DNA of 64,000 bases from Alphaproteobacteria bacterium (GCA_017935485.1 JAGBHO010000047.1:2285-66284), one strand, 5' to 3'. Positions 9,761 through 21,245 are shown, counted from the first letter of the stretch. The notes: generated by a model from the sequence alone, not told the origin. Numbers and translations are program-made.

Positions 9761-10159
9761 TTAAAAAGCTTCTTTCCATTTTTTGCCGTTAATCAACAGT
9801 TCTTTGATTTGCGGCGGTTGGTCACGGAGAATCGTGAAAACAAGTTCAGCTTTATTTTTCGGTTTGCGGATTAAGTTTTCCAGCGGGCGGGCATCTTCTT
9901 CCGCAACAAAATATTTGTAGCTGTTTTGAAAATAGCCTTTTTCGGGGCAGGTTTTGGCAGAAAACTGAGAGCAGTCAATTCTTTGGGTGTCGACCGTCAG
10001 CAGAATGTAATGTCCGGCAATAAGGCTGCGCGGATCGTATCCCGAAACGGGAACAGTGATTTCGCAGCTTTGGCTGCGCTGATATTCGCAGAACCCAATA
10101 AAGGCCAGAAAGCACAGCAGCGGCAGGAATAAACCGCATAAATAAAGTTTATTTTTCAT
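9761..10159 (-). CDS. Signal-peptide protein with a GDYXXLXY-like motif (GHYILLTV)
   Basis: Start placed at internal MKNKLYLCG. Overlaps the stop of the upstream membrane gene by 11 nt (operon). Confidence 0.45.
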   Translation of the reverse strand: MKNKLYLCGLFLPLLCFLAFIGFCEYQRSQSCEITVPVSGYDPRSLIAGHYILLTVDTQRIDCSQFSAKTCPEKGYFQNSYKYFVAEEDARPLENLIRKPKNKAELVFTILRDQPPQIKELLINGKKWKEAF

Positions 10160-11240
10160 TTTTTGCACCTCCGATAATTTTGGTTTGGCGTTTGATAAAA
10201 CGCAGCCCGTAGATAAAGACGAGAATGAGCAGTCCGGTTGCAATCAGGCCGATGCCGGTTGTCAACAGGCTGCCGAATACCTGTATGTAACCGATGAAAA
10301 TCCGGAGTGCGGCCAGCAGGGCTGCAATATTAATGAGACGGGGACGCCGTTTTTGGTATCCGTAAATTCCCATAGCCAGCAGCACAGACAGGCTGTAAAT
10401 AAAGCCGGGCAGGCCGTCAGACAGGGGCGTTAAAGCCGGCGCAGCCAAAGCGTACAAATAAGTCAGCCCGATGATAACTGTATAAAGTCCGCCGGCTTTG
10501 AGCCAGAAGCAAATGCCGCAAAGTCCGAGGAACAGTATGGCGGAGACGATGTATGCCGTTGTGATGTTCAGGTCTGACGGATGGTAATAAGACGTGAGTT
10601 CGTACAGCAAATTAAAGTTGCTCATCAGGTCAATTTGCACAATGCTTGCAATGAGGTTGAACAAAGTCCAGAATCTGAAGGCCTTAACAAATGCCGGCAG
10701 GGATTGTCCGATAAACTTTTGCAAAAGCAGCAGGGCGGCAACCCAGAGAATATTGACGCCGGCTGTCCACAGAACCGGTGTCGCGCTCAAGCAGATAAAG
10801 AGTTTTTGCATCCATGGATTAAGCGCAATGAAATATCCGGCGGCAAAGCTCAGAATCGGAATCCAGACAAAAGCCAGAATGCTTTTTTTGCTGATGAGGA
10901 GCAGCGGAAAGGTCAGCAGGCACCAGACGAAGAGATATTGGTAAGGCTGGTATTGAAGGTGATAAATTTGCAGCAGCAGCCCGATTGCCGCCATGATGAA
11001 CGCAGCGTCAAATATAATCAGCGCTTCGGTCAAGAAGAATTTGTCCTGTCGGCGGGAGAGATATATGGCGGCGGGTGTCAGCATAAGCAGCAAGGCTGTG
11101 ACACTGAGTTTAACGGCGGACGGAATTTGCTGCCAATTGGAAGAAATGACGGAAATCAGTCCGAGGCCGATGCAGAAAAATGCAATATAAAGACCGAGAT
11201 TGCGTGCCAGAGCACTCATTTTGGAATCGGTGTTTTTCAT
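10149..11240 (-). CDS. Polytopic inner-membrane protein (about 10 TM; DUF2157/DUF4401-like partner of GDYXXLXY proteins)
   Basis: 363 aa, almost entirely hydrophobic helices. Confidence 0.5.
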   Translation of the reverse strand: MKNTDSKMSALARNLGLYIAFFCIGLGLISVISSNWQQIPSAVKLSVTALLLMLTPAAIYLSRRQDKFFLTEALIIFDAAFIMAAIGLLLQIYHLQYQPYQYLFVWCLLTFPLLLISKKSILAFVWIPILSFAAGYFIALNPWMQKLFICLSATPVLWTAGVNILWVAALLLLQKFIGQSLPAFVKAFRFWTLFNLIASIVQIDLMSNFNLLYELTSYYHPSDLNITTAYIVSAILFLGLCGICFWLKAGGLYTVIIGLTYLYALAAPALTPLSDGLPGFIYSLSVLLAMGIYGYQKRRPRLINIAALLAALRIFIGYIQVFGSLLTTGIGLIATGLLILVFIYGLRFIKRQTKIIGGAKNEK

Positions 11241-11306
11241 CAGAATTGTTCCTTATTGAAAAGTAATCCCGCCGTTTGAAAAACGGCGGGATTAAGGTAT
11301 TTGGTT

Positions 11307-12332
11307 TTATTCTTCTTCGGGCATGTCTTCGCCGGTCAGTTCGGTGGTGATATGTCCGGCGTCGGCGCGGATTTTGTTTTCAATCTCCTGTGCGACTTCC
11401 GGATGTTCCCTGAGGAAGATTTTGGCGTTTTCACGGCCTTGTCCGAGTTTTTCTCCTTTGTAAGAGAACCACGCGCCGGCTTTTTCGACCAGTCCGGCCT
11501 TCATGCCGAGGTCGATCAGTTCGCCGGTCTTTGATATGCCTTCACCGTACATAATATCAAAATCAACGGTTTTGAATGGCGGAGCAACTTTGTTTTTGAC
11601 AATTTTGACGCGGGTCTGAGTACCGATGATGTCTTCTTTGTCTTTGATTTTGCCGATGCTGCGGATGTCGATACGGACGGAGGCATAAAATTTGAGTGCG
11701 TTACCGCCGGTCGTGGTTTCCGGACTGCCGAACATGACGCCGATTTTCATACGAATCTGGTTGATGAAGATAACCAGCGTGTTGGAACGGGAAACCGTAG
11801 CGGTGAGTTTGCGCAGCGCCTGACTCATCAGACGGGCGTGAAGTCCCATGTGCTGATCGCCCATCTCGCCTTCGAGTTCGGCTTTCGGAACCAGAGCGGC
11901 AACGGAGTCGACAACCAGAACGTCAATAGCGCCGGAGCGAACCAGCGTATCGGTGATTTCCAGAGCTTGTTCCCCGGCATCGGGCTGTGAAATGAGCAGG
12001 CTTTCCAAATCGACGCCGATCTTTTTGGCATAGGCCGGGTCGAGGGCGTGTTCCGCGTCAATAAATGCGCAGGTGCCGCCTTTTTTCTGTGCCTGAGCGA
12101 TGACGCTTAAAGCCAGCGTTGTCTTACCGGAGCTTTCCGGACCGTAAATTTCTACAATACGACCGCGGGGCATGCCGCCAATGCCGAGGGCAATATCTAT
12201 GCCGATGGAGCCGGTGGAAATGGCTTCAATATCGGCAACAGAGTTGTTTTGGCCGAGTCTCATAATCGAGCCTTTGCCGAAAGCTTTTTCAATCTGGCTC
12301 AGCGCCGCGTCCAGAGCTTTATCTTTATCCAT
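11307..12332 (-). CDS. recA: Recombinase RecA
   Basis: 341 aa; Walker [11 protein letters not shown]1/L2 loop motifs, typical length. Confidence 0.95.
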   Translation of the reverse strand: MDKDKALDAALSQIEKAFGKGSIMRLGQNNSVADIEAISTGSIGIDIALGIGGMPRGRIVEIYGPESSGKTTLALSVIAQAQKKGGTCAFIDAEHALDPAYAKKIGVDLESLLISQPDAGEQALEITDTLVRSGAIDVLVVDSVAALVPKAELEGEMGDQHMGLHARLMSQALRKLTATVSRSNTLVIFINQIRMKIGVMFGSPETTTGGNALKFYASVRIDIRSIGKIKDKEDIIGTQTRVKIVKNKVAPPFKTVDFDIMYGEGISKTGELIDLGMKAGLVEKAGAWFSYKGEKLGQGRENAKIFLREHPEVAQEIENKIRADAGHITTELTGEDMPEEE

Positions 12333-12419
12333 AGTCTGTTTCTTCCTTAAAAGTAGTTTATCTCTGCCGTTATTTAAGCAGATTACATCATAAATTACAA
12401 TGATACAAAAAAGTTATCC

Positions 12420-13340
12420 CTATTTTTTTGTTTCTGCTTTGTTCGATTTTTCGATGCGCTCCTGACGGTATTCCCCCCAGGCTGCCGTTACGACGGCTCC
12501 GAAGATTACCACGGCCCAGGCCAGATACATCCAGACCAGAAAAATCGGCAGGGCGGCCATGGCGCCGTACAGGGTTTTGTATGTTCCGCTGCTGATAACG
12601 GCCAAGCCGAACAGGCTGCGCAGAATCCAGAACAAGAGCAGGGCAATGACGGCACCGAACGCGGCATGGGCAATTTTTACTTTACGGTTGGGAACCAGCG
12701 TGTAAATCATAATCAGAATGACAAAAGTAATGCCGGCGGGGATTAGTTTGCTGAGTGCAGAAGGCGTAGCGGCATCCGGCAGCAGATTGAGGGCGTAAAT
12801 GTATCCCCGCAGAGAGAATGCGGCTCCGAGCAGCAGCGGCCCGAGCGTAATAACCGTCCAGTAGAGCGTGATTTTGGTGGCAATGCGGCGCGGCTGGCGG
12901 ACTTTGAATATGAAATTGAAGCTGTTTTCAATTGTGGAAAGCAGCAGAATGGCGGTCAGAGCCAATCCGACGACGCCGATGGTGGTTAATTTGCCGGTAG
13001 CATTGATAAATTCGTTCAAATAAGCGCTGATTTCCTGCTCGGCGGAAGGGACGAAGTTTTGAATCAAAAACTCCTGAATTTGACCGCGGACATCGCTGAA
13101 GACCGGAAAAGCAGAGAAAATAGCCAGAGCAATGGAAAGAAGCGGCACCAGAGCAATCAGCGAGGTATAGCTCAGCGATGACGATACTCTTAAAATTGTG
13201 TCATTTTTAGCCCGGAAAGCCAGAAATTTTAAAAAACGGACTGTTTCATCCCCTAAATTTTTTGTTTGAAGTTTCAGGCTTTGAGCCAAATTTTGTAATT
13301 TCATCCAACACCTTAGAAAAAAATTGTTTACAATAATCAT
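12420..13340 (-). CDS. YihY/BrkB-family membrane protein (ribonuclease BN-like)
   Basis: 306 aa, six TM segments, YihY-like N-terminal block. Confidence 0.7.
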   Translation of the reverse strand: MIIVNNFFLRCWMKLQNLAQSLKLQTKNLGDETVRFLKFLAFRAKNDTILRVSSSLSYTSLIALVPLLSIALAIFSAFPVFSDVRGQIQEFLIQNFVPSAEQEISAYLNEFINATGKLTTIGVVGLALTAILLLSTIENSFNFIFKVRQPRRIATKITLYWTVITLGPLLLGAAFSLRGYIYALNLLPDAATPSALSKLIPAGITFVILIMIYTLVPNRKVKIAHAAFGAVIALLLFWILRSLFGLAVISSGTYKTLYGAMAALPIFLVWMYLAWAVVIFGAVVTAAWGEYRQERIEKSNKAETKK

Positions 13341-13405
13341 TAAATTTTATATTAGATTACGTAATTAATTTCAATACATTAATTTTTAAAGCAAAGGAAA
13401 ATATT

Positions 13406-14233
13406 ATGACATCTACTACACCTTTGATGGCTGGTAAAAAAGGGCTGATTATGGGCTTGGCCAACGATAAGTCCATTGCCTGGGGAATTGTTCAGGCTCT
13501 GCATTCCCAAGGCGCTCAGATTGCAATTTCTTATCAAAACGAAGTCTTGGAGAAAAGAGTTTTGCCTTTGGCCGAGCAGCTCGGCGGCGATACTTTGCTG
13601 CTGAAATGTGATGTTTCCGACAGCGCCAGCGTTGAAGCCTGCTTCAAAGAATTGGGCGAGAAATGGGGCAAGATTGATTTTGTTGTTCATGCCATTGCTT
13701 TCTCTGATAAGAATGAGCTTAAAGGCCGTACGATTGACACGACTTTGGCCAACTTTACCACAACGATGCATATTTCCTGCTATTCTTTTCTGGAAACCTG
13801 CCGCTGCGCTTCTCCGATTATGAATGAGGGCGGGGCTGTTTTGACGCTGACTTATCTGGGCGGGGAAAGAGTTTTGCCGAACTATAACATTATGGGTGTT
13901 GCCAAAGCCGCTTTGGAAGCTTCGGTTCGTTATGCCGCTGCCGATATGGGAGCTCAGGGTGTCCGTGTTAATGCTATTTCTGCTGGTCCGATCAAGACTT
14001 TGGCTGCTTCCGGAATCGGTGATTTCAGAAAAATTCTGCACTGGAACGAATTGAATGCTCCGCTGCGCCGCAATGTTACTCAGGAAGAAGTCGGCATGGC
14101 CGCTCTTGGATTGCTTTCGGCCTGCGGTACCGGTATTACCGGCGAGGTTTTGCATGTTGACTGCGGTTACCATATTCAGGGAATGCTGAATTTGGATAAT
14201 GCTGCTGAAACCGGCAGAATGCTTTCTGAATAA
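13406..14233 (+). CDS. fabI: Enoyl-ACP reductase (NADH) FabI
   Basis: 275 aa SDR; GxxxxxSIAxG glycine-rich motif and Y-x6-K catalytic pair. Confidence 0.9.
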   Translation: MTSTTPLMAGKKGLIMGLANDKSIAWGIVQALHSQGAQIAISYQNEVLEKRVLPLAEQLGGDTLLLKCDVSDSASVEACFKELGEKWGKIDFVVHAIAFSDKNELKGRTIDTTLANFTTTMHISCYSFLETCRCASPIMNEGGAVLTLTYLGGERVLPNYNIMGVAKAALEASVRYAAADMGAQGVRVNAISAGPIKTLAASGIGDFRKILHWNELNAPLRRNVTQEEVGMAALGLLSACGTGITGEVLHVDCGYHIQGMLNLDNAAETGRMLSE

Positions 14234-14340
14234 ATAGTTTCTTCATTAAGAAAAGCTCCGTTTTTTATAAACGGGGCTTTTTTTGTTTATGAAGTAAAAT
14301 AGGGCTTGAGTCAGATTGGGAAAGAGCTATAGTAAACCTG

Positions 14341-16188
14341 TTGTTTTTTTACTTTGTGAGGGGTGCGATGACGCAGATAAGTGAACCTTTTCCGAAAATG
14401 GCTGGGAAGAACCGAAGAAAGCTTTTGAGCATTAAGCTGCTGGCCAGAGCCGTGACTTATGCTTTTGCCATTCTGGGGATTTTGTTTGTGTTGCTGACGG
14501 TGGTGGTGATCAGCCTGTTGCGGAAAGAAGCTTCGCCGTTGCAGCCCGTGCCGGAAGAAGCCGTATTGTTTGTGAATTTTGACGATGCCGTTTCAGAGGT
14601 CAGGGAAGATACGCTTATTTCCGATATTACGGAAGTGCCCGGAATCAGTTATTTTGATTTGTTAAAGGCTTTGGGCACGGCGGCTTCGGATTCACGCATT
14701 AAAGCAGTGGTGGCAGAGGTTAGTAATTCTTCGCTCGGCCTGGCGCAGATTCAGGAATTGCGCAACGTGATCAAAGCCATTCGGGCAGGCGGCAAAAAAG
14801 CTTATATTTATGCTCCGGGGATGGGGGATTTTGGCGGCGGAACTTCGGAATATTATCTGGCTTCGGCTTTTGACGAGATTTGGATGCAGCCGGATACCGA
14901 TATCGGGCTGACCGGTATCAGCTTGGAAATGCCGTTTGTAAAAGATTTTTTGGATAAGATCGGTGTGACGCCGGAGTTTTATACCCGTTATGAATATAAA
15001 AATGCCGTAGCGCCGTTGTTGTCAAACAAATTTTCCAAGGAGCATCTGGAAGAAACTTTTAAACTCGGAAATTCTTTGTTTGGCCGGATTATGGCCGATA
15101 TCAGCCGTGACCGGAAAATCAGCCTGAAAGATCTGATGACGCTGGTCAACAAGGCGCCGGTTCGTTCAAATGACGGTATTGCGGCGGGATTGATTGATTA
15201 TACCGCTTACCGGCCGGATATGATTCAGGAAATTACTTCCCGTTACAAAAATGCCGAGATTGTCAGTGTGTATGATTATCTGGCGCAGCTCAAGCCGGAA
15301 GGGAAAAATATGCCGGCCGTGGCTTTTTTGGTGATTGAAGGGACGATAGATACCGGAAAAAGTTTGTATAATCCGGTACGTAACGAGCTTGTCAGCGGTT
15401 CTGAAACCATTGCGCAGTATTTGGACAAGATTGCCAACAATCCGCGGGTAAAAGCTTTGGTTTTGCGTGTGAACTCGCCGGGCGGGAGTTATAATGCGGC
15501 AAATGAAATCTGGTATGCCTTAAAGAAAATGAAGTTGACGCGCAAACTGCCGGTGGTTGTTTCTCAGGGGGATTATGCCGCTTCCGGCGGGTATTTTGTT
15601 TCTCTTGCCGGTGACTATATTTATGCCGAACCGTCGACCGTTACCGGTTCCATTGGCGTTTTGGGCGGGAAGATTGTGTTGCAGGAACTCTGGAATAAGC
15701 TCGGCGTGCATTGGGGACAAGTTAATTTTGGACGGAATGCCGGTTTGCTGACGTCAAGCAGGATGTTTTCTCCCAGCGAGAAAGAAGCTTTTAACCGTTC
15801 TTTGGACAATGTTTACAGGGATTTTACCGCCAAAACGGCTCAGGAGCGCAAGATTGCGCCGGAAAAAATGGATGCTTTGGCGCGCGGGCGGGTTTGGACC
15901 GGAGAAGACGCCGTCCGGCTTAAGCTGATTGACGGTATCGGCGGTGTGAACGAAGCAATTATGAAAGCCAAAGAGCTGGCCGGTATCGGAGCGGATGAAA
16001 AATTTGAGGTGATTTATTATCCGGAACCCAAAACGCTGGCAGAGAAGCTTAACGAGATTTTGGAAAACAGTCCGAAAGTGATGATTGAGTCCCGTTCAAA
16101 GCTGGAGAAAGGGCTTATGGAGGAATGGCGCTTGTGGCAAAGGCTGAATTTTGATGCGGTATTGCCGCCGCTAAAGGTGATTATGTAG
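14341..16188 (+). CDS. sppA: Signal peptide peptidase SppA (67K long form, tandem S49 domains)
   Basis: 615 aa, N-terminal TM, two ClpP/crotonase-like S49 repeats. True start may be the internal ATG at 14368. Confidence 0.8.
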   Translation: MFFYFVRGAMTQISEPFPKMAGKNRRKLLSIKLLARAVTYAFAILGILFVLLTVVVISLLRKEASPLQPVPEEAVLFVNFDDAVSEVREDTLISDITEVPGISYFDLLKALGTAASDSRIKAVVAEVSNSSLGLAQIQELRNVIKAIRAGGKKAYIYAPGMGDFGGGTSEYYLASAFDEIWMQPDTDIGLTGISLEMPFVKDFLDKIGVTPEFYTRYEYKNAVAPLLSNKFSKEHLEETFKLGNSLFGRIMADISRDRKISLKDLMTLVNKAPVRSNDGIAAGLIDYTAYRPDMIQEITSRYKNAEIVSVYDYLAQLKPEGKNMPAVAFLVIEGTIDTGKSLYNPVRNELVSGSETIAQYLDKIANNPRVKALVLRVNSPGGSYNAANEIWYALKKMKLTRKLPVVVSQGDYAASGGYFVSLAGDYIYAEPSTVTGSIGVLGGKIVLQELWNKLGVHWGQVNFGRNAGLLTSSRMFSPSEKEAFNRSLDNVYRDFTAKTAQERKIAPEKMDALARGRVWTGEDAVRLKLIDGIGGVNEAIMKAKELAGIGADEKFEVIYYPEPKTLAEKLNEILENSPKVMIESRSKLEKGLMEEWRLWQRLNFDAVLPPLKVIM

Positions 16189-16259
16189 ATAAAAATGATT
16201 GAAATTTGAATCGTTTTTGAATATTCTATCCCCGTTTGATGAAAATGTATTTTTAGGAC

Positions 16260-16553
16260 ATGAAGATGACAATCAGTGCCGAAGATGTAAAAAAGGTGGC
16301 TTTTTTATCGCGTTTGAGAATTGATGAAGATAAAGTTGCCGCAACGGAACAAGAATTTAATAAAATCCTGAACTGGATTGATGAGCTTAATGAAGTGAAT
16401 ACGGATGGTGTGGAGCCGCTGGTTTCCGTGAATGAACATTTTATTGCCATGCGCAAAGACGAAGTGACTGATGGCAATGTTCAGGAGGAAGTTTTACTTA
16501 ATGCGCCGCTCAAAGCCTATGGGTATTATGCGGTGCCGAAAGTTGTAGAGTAA
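16260..16553 (+). CDS. gatC: Asp/Glu-tRNA amidotransferase subunit C
   Basis: 97 aa; first gene of the gatCAB order. Confidence 0.85.
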   Translation: MKMTISAEDVKKVAFLSRLRIDEDKVAATEQEFNKILNWIDELNEVNTDGVEPLVSVNEHFIAMRKDEVTDGNVQEEVLLNAPLKAYGYYAVPKVVE

Positions 16554-16558
16554 AAACT

Positions 16559-16840
16559 CCGGCAGAGAGTTTTCTAAAGCAATTTGCGGCAGTCTCAGAA
16601 AATTCACGTACTAATTTGTACGCTAAAATTTTCTTCGCTTGGCAAATCACTTTATAAATTCTCCCTGACGGAGTTTTTGGAGAACCGGCAGAGAGTTTTC
16701 TAAAGCAATTTGCGGCAGTCTCAGAAAATTCACGTACTAATTTGTACGCTAAAATTTTCTTCGCTTGGCAAATCACTTTATAAATTCTCCCTGACGGAGT
16801 TTTTAGAGGAACGGCAGAGAGTTTTCTAAAGCAATTTGCA
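16559..16840. repeat. 126-bp tandem direct repeat, 2.2 copies, in the gatC-gatA intergenic region
   Basis: Unit starts at 16559, 16685 and 16811; copies near-identical. Each contains a short palindrome CGTAC-TAATTT-GTACG. Confidence 0.9.
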
Positions 16841-16902
16841 GTTTGGCAGTCGTGTGATAAGGTCAGGCGGCAGTGGTTGGATATTGAACAAGAAAGAAAA
16901 AA

Positions 16903-18371
16903 GAATGGCTAAATTAACAGATTTGACAATTTCTCAGGCTTTGGACGGATTGAAAAAGAAAGAGTTTTCCGCAACCGAGCTGAATAAGGCTTATATTGAG
17001 GCCATGGAAAGTAACCGGTCTTATAACGCGTATATCTTGGAAACGCCGGAAAAAGCGCTGGAGCAGGCCAAGGCATCCGATGAACGTTATCAAAACGGTT
17101 CGGCGCGGGCTTTGGACGGTATTCCTCTCGGCGTGAAAGATTTATTCTGCACGAAAGGTATTCGGACAACGGCTTGTTCCCATATTTTGGACGGTTTTGT
17201 CCCGCCTTATGAGTCTACCGTTACATCGAATTTGTTAAATGCCGGCGCAACTTTTCTCGGCAAGCTGAATATGGACGAGTTTGCCATGGGCGGAAGCAAC
17301 GAGACCAGTTATTACGGGCCGGCGGTTAATCCGTGGAAGGCTGAAAATGACAGCCGTGATTTGGTTGCCGGCGGATCTTCCGGCGGTTCGGCTGCTGCCG
17401 TGGCTGCCAATATTTGTGCCGGCGCGCTGGGGACGGATACCGGCGGTTCTATCCGTCAGCCTTCGGCTTATTGCGGCGTGACCGGCATTAAACCGACTTA
17501 TGGCCGTTGCTCCCGTTACGGTATTATTGCTTTTGCGTCTTCTCTGGATCAGGCCGGCCCGATTGCCAAAGATGTGCGTGACTGCGCTTTGCTGCTTAAA
17601 ACAATGGCGGGTCATGACGTTAAAGATGCTACATCTGCTGATGTAACTGTTCCTGATTTTGAGGCTTTTCTCGGTCAGGACATCAGAGGTTTGAAAATCG
17701 GTATTCCGCAGGAGTATCGCGTCGACGGCATGAGCGCCGATGTGATTAAATACTGGGACAAAGGGATTGAGATGCTGCGGGCACGCGGAGCCGAAATCGT
17801 TGAGGTTTCTCTGCCGCATACCAAATATGCTCTGGCAGTCTATTATATTATCGCACCGGCGGAGGCTTCTTCCAATCTGGCACGTTATGACGGTGTGCGT
17901 TACGGTTTGCGTGTCGACGGCGAGCATTTGGACGAGATGTATGTCAATACCCGCAGCGAAGGTTTCGGCAAAGAAGTCAAACGCCGGATTATGATCGGAA
18001 CTTATGTTCTGTCGGCCGGATATTATGATGCTTATTATCTGAAAGCTCAGAAAGTCCGCCGACTTATTCGTGACGATTTTCAGAGAGCTTTTGAAAAATG
18101 CGACGTTATTCTGACACCGACAACGCCGACGCCGGCTTTTCCGATCGGAGACAAGTCCATGCAGGAAAATCCGCTGACGATGTGGTTGAATGACGTCTTT
18201 ACCGTATCTGTCAATCTGGCCGGACTGCCGGCAATGAGTCTGCCTGCGGGTTTGAGCGAAAGCGGGTTGCCGCTGGGGTTGCAATTGATTGGGCGGGCCT
18301 TTGACGAGGGAACGATTTTCAAAACCGCTTCGGCTTTGGAAAAAGATATGGCTTTTAAGGGAGTGAAGTAA
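16903..18371 (+). CDS. gatA: Glutamyl-tRNA(Gln) amidotransferase subunit A (amidase signature family)
   Basis: Start placed at MAKLTDLT (ORF opens at 16836). [12 protein letters not shown] amidase-signature motif. Confidence 0.9.
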
Positions 18372-18372
18372 A

Positions 18373-19833
18373 ATGGCGGCAATGATTATTGAAACCGAAA
18401 ACAACAAATGGGAAGTTATCTGCGGTTTGGAAATTCACTGTCAGATTATTTCCGAATCTAAAATGTACAGCGGTTCTTCCACCGAGTTCGGTGCCGAGCC
18501 GAATACGCATGTGTCTTTTGTTGATGCCGCCATGCCGGGAATGTTGCCGACGCTGAATGAACAATGCGTGCGTCAGGCCGTTAAAACAGGTTTGGGGCTG
18601 AATGCCAAAATCAACAAGTATTCCGAATTTTCCCGCAAGAACTATTTTTATGCCGATTTGCCGCAAGGGTATCAGATTACGCAGTTCCAGCATCCGATTG
18701 TCGGAGAAGGTTTTGTTGATGTGGCGTTGGAAGACGGATCCGTCAAGAAAATCGGCATTGAGCGCCTGCATATTGAACAGGATGCAGGAAAGTCCATTCA
18801 TGATCTTGACCCGTGCATGAGCTTTATTGATTTGAACCGTGCCGGTGTGGGCTTGATGGAGATTGTGACCAAGCCTGATTTTCGTTCTCCGGAAGAAGCC
18901 GGTGAGTTTTTGAAAAAGCTGCGTTCGATTGTCCGTTATTTGGGCACTTGTGACGGCAATATGGATGAAGGCTCCATGCGTTGCGACGTTAACGTTTCGG
19001 TTCGCAAAGTCGGTGAGGACGGTTATCGGACGCGTACGGAAATGAAGAATGTCAACAGTATGCGTTTTGTGATGCAGGCGATTGAAAACGAGGCCAAGCG
19101 CCATGTCGAGGTTTATGAAGCCGGCGGGACAATTGAGCAGGAAACCCGCCAGTTTGATCCTTCTACCGGAAAATCAAAGGTGATGCGCAAAAAAGAATTT
19201 GCTCATGATTACCGTTATTTTCCCGAACCCGATTTGTTGCCGTTGCAGCTTTCGGACGAATATATTGACGGCATTAAAAAAGATATGGTCGAGTTGCCGG
19301 ATGCCAAGCGCGAGCGTTTTGTCCGCGATTTGGGCATTACCGAATATGATGCCCGTATCCTTTGTGAGAACCGCGAGGTTGCCGAATTTTTTGAAACAGC
19401 CGCCAAAGGGCGTGATGCCAAGAAAGTGGCTAACTGGATGATGGGTGACTTTTTTGCCATGCTGAACAAAAACGCGCTCAGAATTTCTGAAAGTCCGATC
19501 AGCCCCGAGAATCTCGGTATGCTGGTTGATCTGATCGCCAAAGACGTGATTTCGGGCAAAATTGCCAAAGACGTGTTTGAAATTATGGCGGAAACAGGTC
19601 AGGCGCCTGATAAAATCGTGGAAGAAAAGGGGCTGAAGCAGGTGACGGATACCGGTGCGATTGAGGCGCTGGTTGATGAAGTTATTGCTTCTTCTCCGGA
19701 AAATGTTGCTTCTTATAAAGCTGGAAAAAACAATCTTCTGGGCTGGTTTGTCGGTCAGGTTATCAAAAAATCCCAAGGCAAGGCCAATCCGGCGATTGTT
19801 AATAAAATGCTTTCGGAAAAACTGGCGCAATAA
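18373..19833 (+). CDS. gatB: Asp/Glu-tRNA amidotransferase subunit B
   Basis: 486 aa, begins 2 nt after the gatA stop; GatB/YqeY C-terminal domain. Confidence 0.9.
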   Translation: MAAMIIETENNKWEVICGLEIHCQIISESKMYSGSSTEFGAEPNTHVSFVDAAMPGMLPTLNEQCVRQAVKTGLGLNAKINKYSEFSRKNYFYADLPQGYQITQFQHPIVGEGFVDVALEDGSVKKIGIERLHIEQDAGKSIHDLDPCMSFIDLNRAGVGLMEIVTKPDFRSPEEAGEFLKKLRSIVRYLGTCDGNMDEGSMRCDVNVSVRKVGEDGYRTRTEMKNVNSMRFVMQAIENEAKRHVEVYEAGGTIEQETRQFDPSTGKSKVMRKKEFAHDYRYFPEPDLLPLQLSDEYIDGIKKDMVELPDAKRERFVRDLGITEYDARILCENREVAEFFETAAKGRDAKKVANWMMGDFFAMLNKNALRISESPISPENLGMLVDLIAKDVISGKIAKDVFEIMAETGQAPDKIVEEKGLKQVTDTGAIEALVDEVIASSPENVASYKAGKNNLLGWFVGQVIKKSQGKANPAIVNKMLSEKLAQ

Positions 19834-19848
19834 CAGATAGGAAAGAGT

Positions 19849-20424
19849 ATGGAGCTTTTAGACTGGGCCGGCAGCTACTGGCCGTATGACGAAGCGGAAG
19901 AAGCGGATCGCAAAGCTCTGGTACAGCTTTTGGAAGCACGTAAGAAAAATTCGCTTTCTTTGTATAAAAGAGAGAATTTAACGGCGCATGTCACGGTTTC
20001 CTGCTGGATTGTCAATGCCCGCCGCAATCATACTCTGCTGGGGTTTCATAACCTGTACAAGCATTGGGGATGGTTTGGCGGCCATGCCGACGGCGAGACG
20101 GATTTGGTGGCGGTGGCCAGAAAAGAAGCGGCGGAAGAGTGCGGTTTGCAGTCGATGAAGCTGCTGGCCGACGAGCCGGTTGATTTTTGCATTCTCGGGG
20201 TCGGGGCGCATTATAAAAACCAAATGCAGGTTCCGGCTCATTTGCATTTGAACTTTACCTATTTGTTTGAGGCTGACGAACATGAGTTTATCCGCCCGAA
20301 GCCGGATGAAAATAAGGCCGTGAGCTGGATTGCAAATGAACGCCTGCTGGCTGTGACCAACGAAGAGGCAACGGCGCCGGTTTATAAACGGATTATGGAA
20401 AAGGTTAAAGAAAGGAAATTGTAA
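19849..20424 (+). CDS. NUDIX hydrolase
   Basis: 191 aa; Nudix box GGHADGETDLVAVARKEAAEECGL. Confidence 0.7.
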   Translation: MELLDWAGSYWPYDEAEEADRKALVQLLEARKKNSLSLYKRENLTAHVTVSCWIVNARRNHTLLGFHNLYKHWGWFGGHADGETDLVAVARKEAAEECGLQSMKLLADEPVDFCILGVGAHYKNQMQVPAHLHLNFTYLFEADEHEFIRPKPDENKAVSWIANERLLAVTNEEATAPVYKRIMEKVKERKL

Positions 20425-21200
20425 TGGACAGTGTCTTTTTACAAGGACTGGCGGCGGCGACGATTGCCGGCCTGATTACCGGTGTCGGCGGATTTATGAT
20501 TTTTTTGAAAAAGCGCTACACGCAGGAAGAGATTAACTTTATGCTCAATATTGCGGCCGGTGTTATGATTGCCGCGGCTTTTTTCTCTCTTCTGGTACCG
20601 GCAATGGGGCGGATTATCCGTTTTGATCCGGATGTCCATGTGGCCGGGTTCTGGTATGTCGGGGCGGTTTTTGCCGGCGTGGCTCTGGTGTGGATTTTGA
20701 ATGACGTTTTGCCGCATGAGCATAATAATATGGGACATCACGGTCTGAGCGGTTTTAACCTGAGGAAGGCCTGGCTTTTTATTATTGCAATCACGCTGCA
20801 TAAAATTCCCGAGGGGTTGGCCGTGGGGGTGGCATACAGTGCCGAAGACTTTATGAATCCGGACAGTCTGGTGATTGGGATAGCTTTACACAATATTCCG
20901 GAAGGCCTGACGATTGCGATTTCTCTGGTCGCGGCCAAGTGTTCACGCCTGAAAGCCGCGTTGACGGCTGCTGCCATCGGTCTGATTCAGCCTCTGGGTG
21001 CTTTGCTGGGGTTGGTGACAATGGGACTTAGTGAAAAAATTGTACCTTTGGGAATGGCTATGGCCGGGGGAACATTGCTTTTTGTGGTTATAAATGAGAT
21101 ATTGCCGGAGACTTACGGAACGCATAAGACAAACCGTTCTGCTTTTGCATTGTTTTTGGGATTTATTTTTATGACCTATCTTAACATTGTTTTGCATTAA
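20424..21200 (+). CDS. zupT: ZIP-family divalent metal transporter (ZupT-like)
   Basis: 258 aa, 8 TM; paired HNxPEGL motifs (HKIPEGLAVG / HNIPEGLTIA). Confidence 0.8.
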   Translation: MDSVFLQGLAAATIAGLITGVGGFMIFLKKRYTQEEINFMLNIAAGVMIAAAFFSLLVPAMGRIIRFDPDVHVAGFWYVGAVFAGVALVWILNDVLPHEHNNMGHHGLSGFNLRKAWLFIIAITLHKIPEGLAVGVAYSAEDFMNPDSLVIGIALHNIPEGLTIAISLVAAKCSRLKAALTAAAIGLIQPLGALLGLVTMGLSEKIVPLGMAMAGGTLLFVVINEILPETYGTHKTNRSAFALFLGFIFMTYLNIVLH

Positions 21201-21245
21201 ATTTGTGAAACTCCCGCAAGTCATGGTGACAAGCGGGAGTTTTTT

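Noticed and set aside
16510-16776. 88-aa minus-strand ORF with an internally duplicated sequence
   Set aside because: Artefact of translating the 126-bp tandem repeat in the gatC-gatA spacer.
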